64,000 nt of DNA, from positions 1 through 64,000 of the forward strand of contig JAKFBU010000041.1 in the NCBI GenBank assembly GCA_036676985.1. The letters are read 5' to 3'. Both the position numbers and the translations under genes were made by a program. Of this stretch, positions 1 through 9,795 are shown piece after piece (position 1 is the first letter of the stretch; each line of letters starts with the position of its first letter). The notes under the pieces were generated by a model, which worked only from the letters and a program-made list of their open reading frames with translations, ran no database searches and had not been told where the DNA came from. The stretch is from Candidatus Sericytochromatia bacterium. GTDB taxonomy: Bacteria > Cyanobacteriota > Sericytochromatia > S15B-MN24 > UBA4093.

Positions 1-2
1 GC

Positions 3-2552
3 CTAGGCCCAGCGGACCAGGCCGACCTCGTGCTCGTCCAGGAGGTCAGGGTGCGCCGGACGCACGCGGACCCCGTAGGAGTAGCTGCCGCCCGTCTTGG
101 GACAGAGGCGCCCCTGGTAGGCGTAGACGCCCTCGCCGATCTTGTCGGCGCGCTTCATCTGGACGACCTCGAAGCTCTTGACCTGGCCGTTGACCTCGCG
201 CGCCTGGCAGATCTCGACCACGAAGTGGGCGGGATCCAGGCCGCCCAGGCGGACCCGGGCCTCCAGGGCGAGCTCGTCGCCCACCGTCAGGCGCTGCTCA
301 CGCGGACCGCGCGCCTCGAGGTTGATGTGGTGCCAGTTGAGGCGGACCATGCCCTTCCACTCGGAAAGGCGACGCGCCAGGGCGTACCCCTCGGAGGCGA
401 GCTTGAGGCCGTGCTCCATGGCGGGCACGTACAGCTCGCGCGAGTAGTCCTGTACCATGCGACGGGTGCTGTAGGTCGGAGCCAAGGTCCGGATGGCCTC
501 CTTGGAGCGCTTGATCCAGCCGTGCGGCACGCCGTTGGCATCCTGGTCGTAGTAGAGCGGGATGATCTCGTCCTCGAGGGTCTGGTAGAGGGAGATGCTG
601 TCCGCATCGTCCTGCTCGTCGAGGTTCTTGTACTCGCGCTCCTCGCCGATGCTCCAGCCGTTGACGCCGTTGTAGCCCTCGACCCACCAGCCGTCCAGGA
701 CGCTGAAGTTGAGGACGCCGTTGAGGGCGGCCTTCTGGCCCGAGGTGCCCGAGGCCTCCAGGGGACGCCGCGGGTTGTTGAGCCACACGTCCACGCCGTG
801 GACCAGGTAGCGGGCGAGGTTCATGTCGTAGTCCTCGACCATGACCACGCGGGCCTCGAGACCCGGCTGCTGCGCGAGCTCGTAGATGGCCTGGATGAAC
901 TTCTTGCCGGGCTCGTCCGCGGGGTGGGCCTTGCCGGCGAAGATGATCTGCACCGGGCGATCGGCCTTGTGGAGGATGGCCTTGAGGCGCTCCAGGTCGC
1001 GGAAGATGAGCGTGGCGCGCTTGTAGGTCGCGAACCGGCGGGCGAAGCCGATGGTGAGCGCGTTGGGGTCGAGAATCTGCTCGACCTCCTTGATGCGCGC
1101 CGGGCTCTCGCCGTGGCGCAGGCGCATGGCCCGGACGCGATCGCGCACATGCTCGATCATCTTGGCCTTGAGCTCACGCCGCACCGCCCAGTACTGGTCG
1201 TCGGGGATCTTGCCCACGTCGTCCCAGCTCTCGAGGGCCGTGAGGTGGTCGCGCCAGTTGCCCGCGTAGGCGTCCAGCAGCTGGGCCATCTCAGGGGCGA
1301 GCCAGGTGTCGGTGTGGATGCCGTTGGTGATGTGGGCGATGGGCACCTCGTTGACGGGCACGCCGGGCCACAGGTTCTTCCAGATGTCGCGGCTGACCTC
1401 GCCGTGCAGCTTGGAGACGCCGTTGGCGCGGCGCGCCATGCGCAGGGCCAGGACCGTCATGCTGAAGAGCGCGGGACCGCCCATCTGATCCTGGCGGGCG
1501 AGGAGCAGGAACTCGTCGCGGTTCAGGCGCAGGTCGCCCCAGAAGTGGCGGAAGTACTTCTCCATCATCTCGAAGGAGAAGGCGTCGTTGCCGGCAGGCA
1601 CCGGGGTGTGGGTCGTGAAGACCGAGTTGGCGGCCACGGCCTCGAGGGCCTCGTAGAAGGTGAGGCCCGAGCCCTGGACCAGCTCGCGGGCGCGCTCGAG
1701 GCCCAAGAAGGCCGAGTGCCCCTCGTTCATGTGCCACATGGCCGGGTTGATGCCCATGGCGCGCAGCGCGCGGACGCCGCCGATGCCCAGGATGATCTCC
1801 TGGCTGATGCGCATGTCGTGGTCGCCGCCGTAGAGCTGCGCCGAGAAGCGGCGATCCTCCGCCGAGTTGCGGTCGATGTCGGTGTCGAGCAGGAAGAGCG
1901 AGATGCGGCCCACGGCCACGCGCCACACCTTGGCGTACACGCGGCGGCCGGGCAGGTCGACGCCGATGATGACCTCTTCGCCGTCGGCGGTCTTGGCGGG
2001 CATCAGGGGCAGCTCGTTGAAGTTGAGCTTCTCGTAGAGGGCCTCCTGGCGGCCCTCGGGGCTCAGGCGCTGGCGGAAGTAGCCCTGGTTGTAGAGGAGG
2101 CCGACGCCGACGAAGGGCACGCCCAGGTCGCTCGCCGACTTGCAGTGGTCGCCCGCGAGGATGCCGAGGCCGCCCGAGTAGATGGGCAGGGCCTCATGCA
2201 GGCCGAACTCGGCCGAGAAGTAGGCGACCATGTGGTCCTTGTGGCCCGGGAAGGTCTTGGTGAACCAGGTCTGGGGGTCCTGCACGTAGCGATCGAAGGC
2301 CTGAATGACCGCATCGTAGCGCCCCAGGAATCCCTGCTCGCCGGCCGCCTCGTTGAGGCGCTCCTGGCTGATCTCGCACAGGAGCTTGACCGGGTTGTGG
2401 TAGACCTGCTCCCAGAGCTTGGCGTCGAGGGACTTGAACAGCTCCTGCGCCTCGGGGTTCCAGCTCCACCACACGTTATGGGCCACCTCGTCGAGCCGCC
2501 CGATGCGCTCGGGGACCGACGGGAAGACCGACACTCGTCCTAACAGATTCAA
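3..2552 (-). CDS. glgP: Alpha-glucan (glycogen) phosphorylase
   Basis: YFSAEFGLHEALPIYSGGLGILAGD, HMNEGH, GFARRFATYKR, EASGTSGQKAALNG (PLP Lys) motifs; TTG start with GGAG RBS. Confidence 0.96.
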   Translation of the reverse strand: MNLLGRVSVFPSVPERIGRLDEVAHNVWWSWNPEAQELFKSLDAKLWEQVYHNPVKLLCEISQERLNEAAGEQGFLGRYDAVIQAFDRYVQDPQTWFTKTFPGHKDHMVAYFSAEFGLHEALPIYSGGLGILAGDHCKSASDLGVPFVGVGLLYNQGYFRQRLSPEGRQEALYEKLNFNELPLMPAKTADGEEVIIGVDLPGRRVYAKVWRVAVGRISLFLLDTDIDRNSAEDRRFSAQLYGGDHDMRISQEIILGIGGVRALRAMGINPAMWHMNEGHSAFLGLERARELVQGSGLTFYEALEAVAANSVFTTHTPVPAGNDAFSFEMMEKYFRHFWGDLRLNRDEFLLLARQDQMGGPALFSMTVLALRMARRANGVSKLHGEVSRDIWKNLWPGVPVNEVPIAHITNGIHTDTWLAPEMAQLLDAYAGNWRDHLTALESWDDVGKIPDDQYWAVRRELKAKMIEHVRDRVRAMRLRHGESPARIKEVEQILDPNALTIGFARRFATYKRATLIFRDLERLKAILHKADRPVQIIFAGKAHPADEPGKKFIQAIYELAQQPGLEARVVMVEDYDMNLARYLVHGVDVWLNNPRRPLEASGTSGQKAALNGVLNFSVLDGWWVEGYNGVNGWSIGEEREYKNLDEQDDADSISLYQTLEDEIIPLYYDQDANGVPHGWIKRSKEAIRTLAPTYSTRRMVQDYSRELYVPAMEHGLKLASEGYALARRLSEWKGMVRLNWHHINLEARGPREQRLTVGDELALEARVRLGGLDPAHFVVEICQAREVNGQVKSFEVVQMKRADKIGEGVYAYQGRLCPKTGGSYSYGVRVRPAHPDLLDEHEVGLVRWA

Positions 2553-2687
2553 GGAGACGCTCCTTCAAACAAGCGGGGGTGAACATCAGAAAGGCGCGGC
2601 ATGACTTGCGTCAGTCCCGCGCCATTGCGAACCGTATGATACCACGTTCCGCCGGAAATGCCAGGCAAGGCCTGAACCGGCGCCAGA

Positions 2688-3686
2688 TCAGAAGTTGGGA
2701 CGGTAGCGCGTGAACTCCTGCTTGGTGCTGCGCACGTCCGGCACGTAGGCGATCGTCACACCCCGGTCGCCAATGGTGGCGCCGGCCGCGAGCTGCTCCC
2801 GGTACAGCGGCATGTAGTAGTACATGGGGTCGCTGGGAGTGGTGTCGATCTGCATGATCTTGGCATCCATGACCAGGTGGTTGTTGATCAGGATGTTGCC
2901 GCCCCACATGAGCAGGAAATTCTTGGCGTTGGGCTCGGGCAGCTCCGGGTTGGGGCGCCGCACCTTGTCGTCGAGCATCATGATCACGCGGCCCGGCTCG
3001 ATCTTGGCCCCGACGGCGTAGCAGTTGATGGCGGGCGGCGGCAGCAGCTTGTTCGGGTAGATGACGATGTTGTTGCCGTCGATCTTGACGCCGGCGGCCT
3101 TGGAGTTGATGAGGCTCGCCATCTCGAGGCCGATCACGTCCATGATCCCCTTGACCGGGATGCCCGCGCTCTTGACGTTCTCGGGCTTCAGGACCAGGTG
3201 GCCCTCGCCGTCGGGCTGCAGGGTGCCTTCCATCGAGAAGGGGATGGGAAGGCCCTTGCGCAGGGTTCCCGACAGGGCGACACGGCCCTCCTTGTTGGTG
3301 ACCTTGAGGTCACTCAGGGGGCTGCCCTCGTAGTTGAAGACGTACTTGTTGAAGATCCCCGTCATGGAGGCGTCGTCGATGACCAGGTTGCCGGTGTGGA
3401 TGTTGACGACGAAGTCGTTGAGGTTGGCGGGGACAAACGCCTGGTTGGGGCGCTTGACGACGATGTCGGCGTTGAGGTCGGGCATGCCGACCTGCACGTC
3501 GTCGTCGACGCGGTACATGACGTTCTTGGTGTAGAACTGGGTGATGCCGCCACGGGCGGGCGCATCGTCGTCGGGCACGTCCAGGCCCTTGTTGCCGCCG
3601 GTGGCCGTCGGGGACTGCCCGCACGCGGAAAGGAGCATGGCGGCTACAGCGAGCCCGCCGATCCGTTGCCACATGCGTTCGAGCAT
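2688..3686 (-). CDS. Hypothetical lipoprotein (beta-rich, possibly LmeA/DUF2993-like)
   Basis: Lipobox LLSAC, GGAGG RBS, host-like codon usage; family call is a guess. Confidence 0.6.
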   Translation of the reverse strand: MLERMWQRIGGLAVAAMLLSACGQSPTATGGNKGLDVPDDDAPARGGITQFYTKNVMYRVDDDVQVGMPDLNADIVVKRPNQAFVPANLNDFVVNIHTGNLVIDDASMTGIFNKYVFNYEGSPLSDLKVTNKEGRVALSGTLRKGLPIPFSMEGTLQPDGEGHLVLKPENVKSAGIPVKGIMDVIGLEMASLINSKAAGVKIDGNNIVIYPNKLLPPPAINCYAVGAKIEPGRVIMMLDDKVRRPNPELPEPNAKNFLLMWGGNILINNHLVMDAKIMQIDTTPSDPMYYYMPLYREQLAAGATIGDRGVTIAYVPDVRSTKQEFTRYRPNF

Positions 3687-3758
3687 ACGTCCTCCCCTGC
3701 CCCTTCAGATGGTGTTAACTCACCTATCCGATCGATCGGGGCACTACTGACGTAGCTT

Positions 3759-3799
3759 AGGTAAATTTTAGGTTAAAGTCAAGGTAAGGTTATGTAACA
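3759..3799 (-). promoter_or_regulatory. 11-bp-periodic direct repeats (cttacctt/tttaacct/atttacct), OmpR/PhoB-type operator candidate
   Basis: AT-rich patch in high-GC DNA upstream of the lipoprotein; half-sites spaced 11 bp on the coding strand. Confidence 0.4.
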
Positions 3800-3801
3800 A
3801 T

Positions 3802-4806
3802 TTAGGCCGCAGCCCGCTCCGGGAGCCGCTCGATGAAGGTCATGACCACCTCGACGAGCTCCTGGTGGGACCTCGTCGCGTTGATCGCGGCCCGCAGGTC
3901 GGCCGAGCCCACCATGCCCCGGGTGTACCAGGTGATGTGCTTGCGGCTCTCGGAGACGCCCTGGCGCTCGCCCTTCTCGGCGATCAGGATCTCGGCGTGC
4001 TCGAGGGCCACCCGGAGGCGCTCCTCGGGCCCGGGCTCGGGCAGGACCTCGCCGGTGCGGGCGTAGTGGGCCATGCGGGGGATGACCCAGGGGTTGCCCT
4101 GGGCCGCGCGGCCGATCATGACCCCCGCCACGCCGTAGTCGCGCATGAGCTGCAGGGCCTGGACCGGATCGGAGACGTCCCCGTTGCCGATGACGGGAAT
4201 GGAGACGGCCTGGGCCACCTCGGCGATCTTCTCCCAGTTGGCCCGGCCGGAGTACATCTGGCTGCGAGTGCGGCCGTGCACCGTGATGGCCGCGACCCCG
4301 GCCTGCTCGGCGAGCTTGGCCACCTCGAGGTAGTTCTGGTGGTCGTCCGAGTAGCCGAGCCGCATCTTGATGGTGACGGGCGTGTCGGGCAGGGCGGCCA
4401 CCATGGCCTTGAGGATCCGCTCGAGCAGATCCGTCTCCTTGAGCAGGGCGCTGCCGTCACAGCCGCTGGTGATCTTGGGGACGGGGCACCCCAGGTTGAG
4501 GTCCACCACCGCCGCTCCGAAGCCCACGAGCATGCGGGCGGCCTCGGCCATCACGTCGGGCTCGTGCCCGAAGAGCTGCAGGCCCAGGGGCTTGAGGTCG
4601 GGGGGCACCGTGAGGTCCGGCGCGTCCTGGCGGCGGTGCATGTTGACGAGCCCCACCGCGCTGAACATCTCATGGAAGGCGAGGCTCTCCGCGTCGTAGC
4701 GCCGCATGAGGCGAATGAACGGAAAGTCGCAGACCCCGCACATGGGCGCGAGGATCACCGGGCTGTCGAGCTCGAGGGAGCCGATTTTCAAGCTGGGTGC
4801 AGGCAT
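3802..4806 (-). CDS. dusB: tRNA-dihydrouridine synthase DusB (paralog 1)
   Basis: LAPMCG, DLNLGCP, VTIKMRLG, VHGRTRSQMYSG, IGNGDV, MIGRAAQGNPW. Confidence 0.92.
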   Translation of the reverse strand: MPAPSLKIGSLELDSPVILAPMCGVCDFPFIRLMRRYDAESLAFHEMFSAVGLVNMHRRQDAPDLTVPPDLKPLGLQLFGHEPDVMAEAARMLVGFGAAVVDLNLGCPVPKITSGCDGSALLKETDLLERILKAMVAALPDTPVTIKMRLGYSDDHQNYLEVAKLAEQAGVAAITVHGRTRSQMYSGRANWEKIAEVAQAVSIPVIGNGDVSDPVQALQLMRDYGVAGVMIGRAAQGNPWVIPRMAHYARTGEVLPEPGPEERLRVALEHAEILIAEKGERQGVSESRKHITWYTRGMVGSADLRAAINATRSHQELVEVVMTFIERLPERAAA

Positions 4807-4886
4807 GGCCCCATTTTAGCACGCACGATGGCGGCTGGCCTAAGGTCCGGGCGCACGGTAGGATGGTCCGAGAAGAAGGAGGCGGT

Positions 4887-5477
4887 ATGAAGATCTACAC
4901 CAAGACCGGAGACAAGGGACAGACCTCGCTGCTGTTCGGCAAGCGAGTGGCCAAGGACGATCGGCGCGTCGACGCCTACGGGACGGTGGACGAGGCCAAC
5001 TCGACCATCGGCCTCGGCGTGAGCTTCCTGCCGGAGAACCTGGCCCTCGAGGACGTCCGCGCCTACCTGACGGAGATCCAGCAGGTGCTCTTCAACATCG
5101 GCGCCGAGCTCGCCACCCCGCCCGGCAAGCGTCCCGGCTGGGAGGCGACCGACGAGCACGTCAGCTACCTCGAGACGGCCATCGATGCTCTCGAAGCGCG
5201 CATGCCCCCGCTCACGAGCTTCCTGTTGCCGGGCGGCTCCCACTCCGGGGCGGCCTTGCACCTGGCCCGCACGGTCGTGCGCCGGGCCGAGCGGCTCGCC
5301 GTTGGGGTCGCGCGTGACGAGGAGCTGAATCCGGTGGTCGTCACCTACCTCAACCGCCTCTCGGATTTCCTGTTCGTGGCCGCACGCTTCGTCAACCGGG
5401 TGCTCGATCAGCCCGAACCGGCGGGCCCGGCGCCCAAGGCGCTCCAGGCCAATGCCGCGAAGGAGATCAAGGATTAA
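4887..5477 (+). CDS. pduO: Cob(I)alamin adenosyltransferase, PduO type
   Basis: MKIYTKTGDKGQT, AYGTVDEANS, RTVVRRAER, YLNRLSDFLF; ATG at 4887 after AGGAGG. Confidence 0.93.
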   Translation: MKIYTKTGDKGQTSLLFGKRVAKDDRRVDAYGTVDEANSTIGLGVSFLPENLALEDVRAYLTEIQQVLFNIGAELATPPGKRPGWEATDEHVSYLETAIDALEARMPPLTSFLLPGGSHSGAALHLARTVVRRAERLAVGVARDEELNPVVVTYLNRLSDFLFVAARFVNRVLDQPEPAGPAPKALQANAAKEIKD

Positions 5478-5567
5478 GAGGCTGTAATCGCAGTCACCGC
5501 CCTCCCCGGCCGGTCTGAGTAAAGTGAGGTCCTGCGGTCCCGGGGACCGCCGCCTGAAAGGATCTCC

Positions 5568-7313
5568 ATGAAACGCGTCTACACGGACGCCCGCGAGCAG
5601 CTCTCGCGCCTGGCAGCCTCTGACTTCGATCCCACCCTCTGGCAAACCGTCTGCGTCAAGGCTCACCTGTTGAGCCTCGGCGAGGCCATCGAGGATCTCC
5701 AGAGTCTCGAGCAGCTCCAGGCGGGCCGGATCCAGGTCCTGCCGCACCAGATCGACGCGGTCATGACGGCCATCAACCGCATGCACTGCCGCGCCATCCT
5801 GGCCGACGAGGTCGGCCTCGGCAAGACCATCGAGGCGGGGCTGATCCTCAAGGAGTACCTGGTCCGGGGCCTGGTCAAGAACGTGCTCGTGCTGACGCCG
5901 GCCCCCCTCACCACCCAGTGGCGGGGCGAGATGGACTCCAAGTTCGGCGAGGCCTTCGTGGTGGCCGACCGGGACGATGACGAGCACTTCAAGGGCTGGC
6001 ATGCCCACGATCGGCTGATCGTCTCTTTGGACACGGCCAAGCAGCCCCACAACGCCGCGGAGATCACCAAGCGCCGCTGGGACATGCTCGTGGTCGACGA
6101 GGCGCACCGGCTCAAGAACAGCCAGACGGCGGCCTACCAGTTCGTCAAGAGCCTGGAGGCCCGCTTCAAGCTGTTCCTCACCGCCACCCCGGTCCAGAAC
6201 AGCCTCTTCGAGCTCTACAACCTGGTCGATCTGCTCAGCGAGGGGATGCTCGGCACTCCCGAGAGCTTCCGCAACCTCTACGTGGAGGACGCCAAGGGCC
6301 GCGTGCTCAAGAACCCGGAGGCCCTCGCGAACGTCCTGTCGCGGGTCATGGTGCGGCACCGGCGGGCCCAGGTCGGGATCCGCTTCGTCGATCGCAAGGT
6401 CGAGACCGTGCGTCTCACGGGCTCGACCGAGGAGATGGCCCTGCACGACGCGGTGGTCGACTACGTCGCCAAGGGGCTCGGCCAGGCCAAGGGCCAGAAG
6501 ACGCTCGCCTTCATCCGCCTCTCGCGCATGCTCTCGAGCAGCCCCCAGGCGCTCGCCAAGACCGTCGAGGCCATGGCCCGCCAGACCACCGTCGAGGACG
6601 CCGAGGAGCTCATGCGCATCGCCGGGCTCGCACGCCGGGTGGAGGACTCGTCCAAGCTCGAGGCCCTGCGCAAGGTCCTCACCGAGTCCGGGGACAAGGC
6701 CATCGTCTTCACGGGCTTCTACGAGACGCAGGACTACCTCGCCGAGCGGCTGGAGAAGGACGGGCTCAAGGTCCTGTGCTTCAACGGCAAGATGAGCCAG
6801 AAGGAGAAGGACCGGGTCATCGCCCGCTTCAAGATGGACGGCGACGTGCTCCTGTGCACGGACGCGGGCTCCGAGGGCGTCAACCTGCAATTCTGCCACG
6901 TGCTCGTCAACTACGACCTGCCCTGGAACCCCATGCGCGTCGAGCAGCGGATCGGCCGCGTGCACCGCATCGGCCAGTCCCGGGACGTGGTCATCGTCAA
7001 CCTCTCGATCTCGGGAACCATCGAGGACTACGTGCTGCAGATCCTCGAGCAGAAGATCGAGCTCTTCACCCAGGCGGTCGGGGACACGGACCTCATCCTC
7101 TCGAACCTCAAGGGCTTCGAGAGCTTCGAGAAGGCGATCATCACCCTCATCGCCCAGTCCAAGGAGCGCCAGGAGCTGGCCGCCGGCTTCCAGACCCTCG
7201 GGCAGAATCTGGCCATGGCCAAGACCGCCGCGGACCAGGTGCGGGAGTTCGACTCCCAGACGCTCGCTCTGCTGGACCTCTCGGCGATCAAGGACCAGGC
7301 GAGCGCCTCCTAG
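5568..7313 (+). CDS. SNF2-family helicase (YqhH/HepA-like)
   Basis: ILADEVGLGKT, DEAH, LTATPVQN, GSEGVNLQ, YDLPWNPMRVEQRIGRVHRIGQ. Confidence 0.92.
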   Translation: MKRVYTDAREQLSRLAASDFDPTLWQTVCVKAHLLSLGEAIEDLQSLEQLQAGRIQVLPHQIDAVMTAINRMHCRAILADEVGLGKTIEAGLILKEYLVRGLVKNVLVLTPAPLTTQWRGEMDSKFGEAFVVADRDDDEHFKGWHAHDRLIVSLDTAKQPHNAAEITKRRWDMLVVDEAHRLKNSQTAAYQFVKSLEARFKLFLTATPVQNSLFELYNLVDLLSEGMLGTPESFRNLYVEDAKGRVLKNPEALANVLSRVMVRHRRAQVGIRFVDRKVETVRLTGSTEEMALHDAVVDYVAKGLGQAKGQKTLAFIRLSRMLSSSPQALAKTVEAMARQTTVEDAEELMRIAGLARRVEDSSKLEALRKVLTESGDKAIVFTGFYETQDYLAERLEKDGLKVLCFNGKMSQKEKDRVIARFKMDGDVLLCTDAGSEGVNLQFCHVLVNYDLPWNPMRVEQRIGRVHRIGQSRDVVIVNLSISGTIEDYVLQILEQKIELFTQAVGDTDLILSNLKGFESFEKAIITLIAQSKERQELAAGFQTLGQNLAMAKTAADQVREFDSQTLALLDLSAIKDQASAS

Positions 7314-7332
7314 CGGCTTGCGAAAATTCCGC

Positions 7333-7360
7333 TTGCAAGTTTAGAAAACTTCATTACAAT
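7333..7360 (+). promoter_or_regulatory. Sigma70-like promoter TTGCAA-N16-TACAAT with an overlapping palindrome AAGTTT-aga-AAACTT
   Basis: Sequence match about 75 bp upstream of the lipoprotein start. Confidence 0.55.
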
Positions 7361-7435
7361 ACGTAAAGCAACCGAGCAATCGGAGCTGCCCCGCGCCCTT
7401 TCCCGGCTCCCCTTCCCATGCCCAAGGAGACCGCC

Positions 7436-7888
7436 ATGCGCATGCTCAGCTTTACTGTTGCCCTCATGCTCGCGTTCGGCATGACCGCCTGCAAGCAGAC
7501 CCAGACCAAGAAGAGCGCCGACACCTCGGTGGCAAGCTCCAGCGCGACTGTCGCCAACGGCGGAGCGGCCCAGCCGCCCGATCTGCGCACCGAGGAGCAG
7601 AAGAAGGCCGAGGCCCGCATCAAGGCCGAAAAGCAGCTCATGATCAACGACCTCAACTCGGTGCTCGAGGACATGGAAAAGCAGGGCATCAGCGTCAAGA
7701 AGACGCCCCAGAAAAAGCCCTGGCGCCTCATCGTGCCGGCCCTCCAGAAGGTCACGGATCCCACGGCCCGCAAGACCCAGGCCACCGAGATCGCCACGGA
7801 CTTCAAGGCCCGCATCGAGAAGATCATGCAGAAGCAGGTCGACGTCGACATCTACGCAGACGACAAGGAGACGCAGAAACTCAACTAG
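7436..7888 (+). CDS. Hypothetical lipoprotein
   Basis: Lipobox-like MTAC, AAGGAG RBS, host codon usage. Confidence 0.7.
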   Translation: MRMLSFTVALMLAFGMTACKQTQTKKSADTSVASSSATVANGGAAQPPDLRTEEQKKAEARIKAEKQLMINDLNSVLEDMEKQGISVKKTPQKKPWRLIVPALQKVTDPTARKTQATEIATDFKARIEKIMQKQVDVDIYADDKETQKLN

Positions 7889-7901
7889 CCCGTCGATCCG
7901 C

Positions 7902-7932
7902 CTCCGGCCCCCGGCATGACCGGGGGCCGGAG
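7902..7932 (+). terminator. GC-rich hairpin (13-bp stem) after the lipoprotein
   Basis: ctccggcccccgg-catga-ccgggggccggag; no U-tract. Confidence 0.55.
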
Positions 7933-8030
7933 CGCATGTCATAGTCCGAACGCTCTCATAGTGCGCATCCGTCACAGATTGCGCGGCCGAGCATGGGCTA
8001 GGATCGGCCCATCGCTCGCAGGCAAAGGAC

Positions 8031-9779
8031 GTGATGATGCAGGAACCCTCGATCCGGAGCTTCACGCTCGACTACTACCGCAGCCTCGGCGCCGAGCTGA
8101 CGCCGCTCGACCCGGGCGCTCGCAGCTGGGAGATCCGACTGCCTCAGAAGGATCCCGCCGGCAAGGCCCTCAACATCACCTTCGAACCCACGGCCGACGA
8201 CAGCCAGGTGCGCCCCATGGGCCGCACGACGCCGCAGTGGCGCGCCATCCTGGAGGCCTGCACGCAGGCCCGCCCGGTGGCCTACCGGCACATCGTCACC
8301 GACCCCATCGCGCATGCCGCCGAGCTGTTCGGCACCCTCCTACCGGGCTTCGGCGTCACGGCGGCCAAGCTGGTCTCCGTGCGGCCGCGCACGGCCGTGG
8401 GCTTCAGCCACCGCGTGACCTTCGACGCCCCGGCCATGGCCGCCCGGCACGAGGAGCTGCATCACGACCTGCTGGACGCCCTGACGGGCGAGCGTCTCGA
8501 CGCGCTCTCGGAGCGCTTCTACACCCTGCCCGCCATCCCCATCGATCCGCCGCGCGACCCGCGCCACCTGGCCGTCGAGACGCTGCATGCCCAGGCCATC
8601 TCGCACGTGGATGCGCGCACCGAGGAGCGGGGCAACGCCCTGGAGGCGGAGCTGGCCCCGCGGCTCGCGGAGGCCGAGGAGCGCATCGCGCATTACTATG
8701 CAGGCCAGATCGCCCAGCTCCTCAAGGACGAGGAGGCCGAGCTCGACGCCAAGCTGGAGCACCTGGTGCGCCGCACCCAGGAGACCAAGCTGCCCGGCGC
8801 CATCGTCAAGCTCCAGGCCGAGGCCGAGAAGGTCACCGTCGAGCTCGAGCAGATCCGCATCCGCCGCGAGCTCGAGGGCGAGCACATCCGCGAGGCCGAG
8901 CGATCGCGCCTCGAGGCCGAGCGCGCCCGCCATGAGATCACCCTCGAGACGGCGCTCGTCAGCGTGGCGTACGTGACCTACGACGTGGTCACCTACGCCC
9001 TCGAGCTGCCCCAGGGCACCCTCGAGGTCAGCTACGTGCCCGTCACCCAGCAGCTCATGCTGCCCAACTGCCCGCGGTGCGGGCTCGCGATCGCCCATGG
9101 CGAGGGCGCCCCCCAGCCGGGCGGCCACGACGGCCGCGTCGTCTGCCACCGCTGCGCGCCCGAGGCCGAGGCCGCAGAGGCCCAGGCCCCCAAGCGCCTC
9201 GCCGAGCCCTGCACCCGCTGCGGGGTCATGTCGCCGCACGAGGCCATCCAGCGCTGCCACCTGACGCAGACGGCCTTCTGCGTGGTCTGTGCCGTCACCT
9301 GCCACGACTGCGGCGAGGTGACGTCCCGCGAGCTCTTGCGGCCCAACCCCAACGGCCGCGGCATGGTCTGTCCCGACCACGCCATCCGCTGCCAGAGCTG
9401 CCACCTGTCGGTCCTGCCGCGCGAGACCTTCACCTGTCCCGCCTGCAAGGAGCGCCACTGCCACGCGCACGCGAACCCTTGCTCGGACTGCGGCATGCCC
9501 ACCTGTATCCGCTGCGCCCGCGAGCACGGAGACCACTGTGCGGCCTGCTCCGCGCTGAAGCGGATCCGCTCCGACCACGACCTGGTGCGGGTGGTACACG
9601 AGCTCCTGCCCGCGCTCAAGCGCTTCGGGCTGAGCTGGCGCATGGCCGAGGTCGGGGAGTTCGCCCTCCTCGAGTGGCGCGCCCCGCTCGGGCGCCGCGG
9701 CCGGCTGGTGCTTTCGACCCAGGACTACTACCTCGTCTCGCAGCGCGAGCGCGGCCTGATGGATCGCAGCTGGCGCTAG
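8031..9779 (+). CDS. YqhG-like protein with coiled coil and multi-CxxC zinc-binding C-terminus
   Basis: Central coiled coil, more than 10 CxxC/CxxH pairs; lies near a YqhH-like helicase. Confidence 0.6.
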   Translation: MMMQEPSIRSFTLDYYRSLGAELTPLDPGARSWEIRLPQKDPAGKALNITFEPTADDSQVRPMGRTTPQWRAILEACTQARPVAYRHIVTDPIAHAAELFGTLLPGFGVTAAKLVSVRPRTAVGFSHRVTFDAPAMAARHEELHHDLLDALTGERLDALSERFYTLPAIPIDPPRDPRHLAVETLHAQAISHVDARTEERGNALEAELAPRLAEAEERIAHYYAGQIAQLLKDEEAELDAKLEHLVRRTQETKLPGAIVKLQAEAEKVTVELEQIRIRRELEGEHIREAERSRLEAERARHEITLETALVSVAYVTYDVVTYALELPQGTLEVSYVPVTQQLMLPNCPRCGLAIAHGEGAPQPGGHDGRVVCHRCAPEAEAAEAQAPKRLAEPCTRCGVMSPHEAIQRCHLTQTAFCVVCAVTCHDCGEVTSRELLRPNPNGRGMVCPDHAIRCQSCHLSVLPRETFTCPACKERHCHAHANPCSDCGMPTCIRCAREHGDHCAACSALKRIRSDHDLVRVVHELLPALKRFGLSWRMAEVGEFALLEWRAPLGRRGRLVLSTQDYYLVSQRERGLMDRSWR

Positions 9780-9795
9780 CCTCTCCCAGCCAAGC

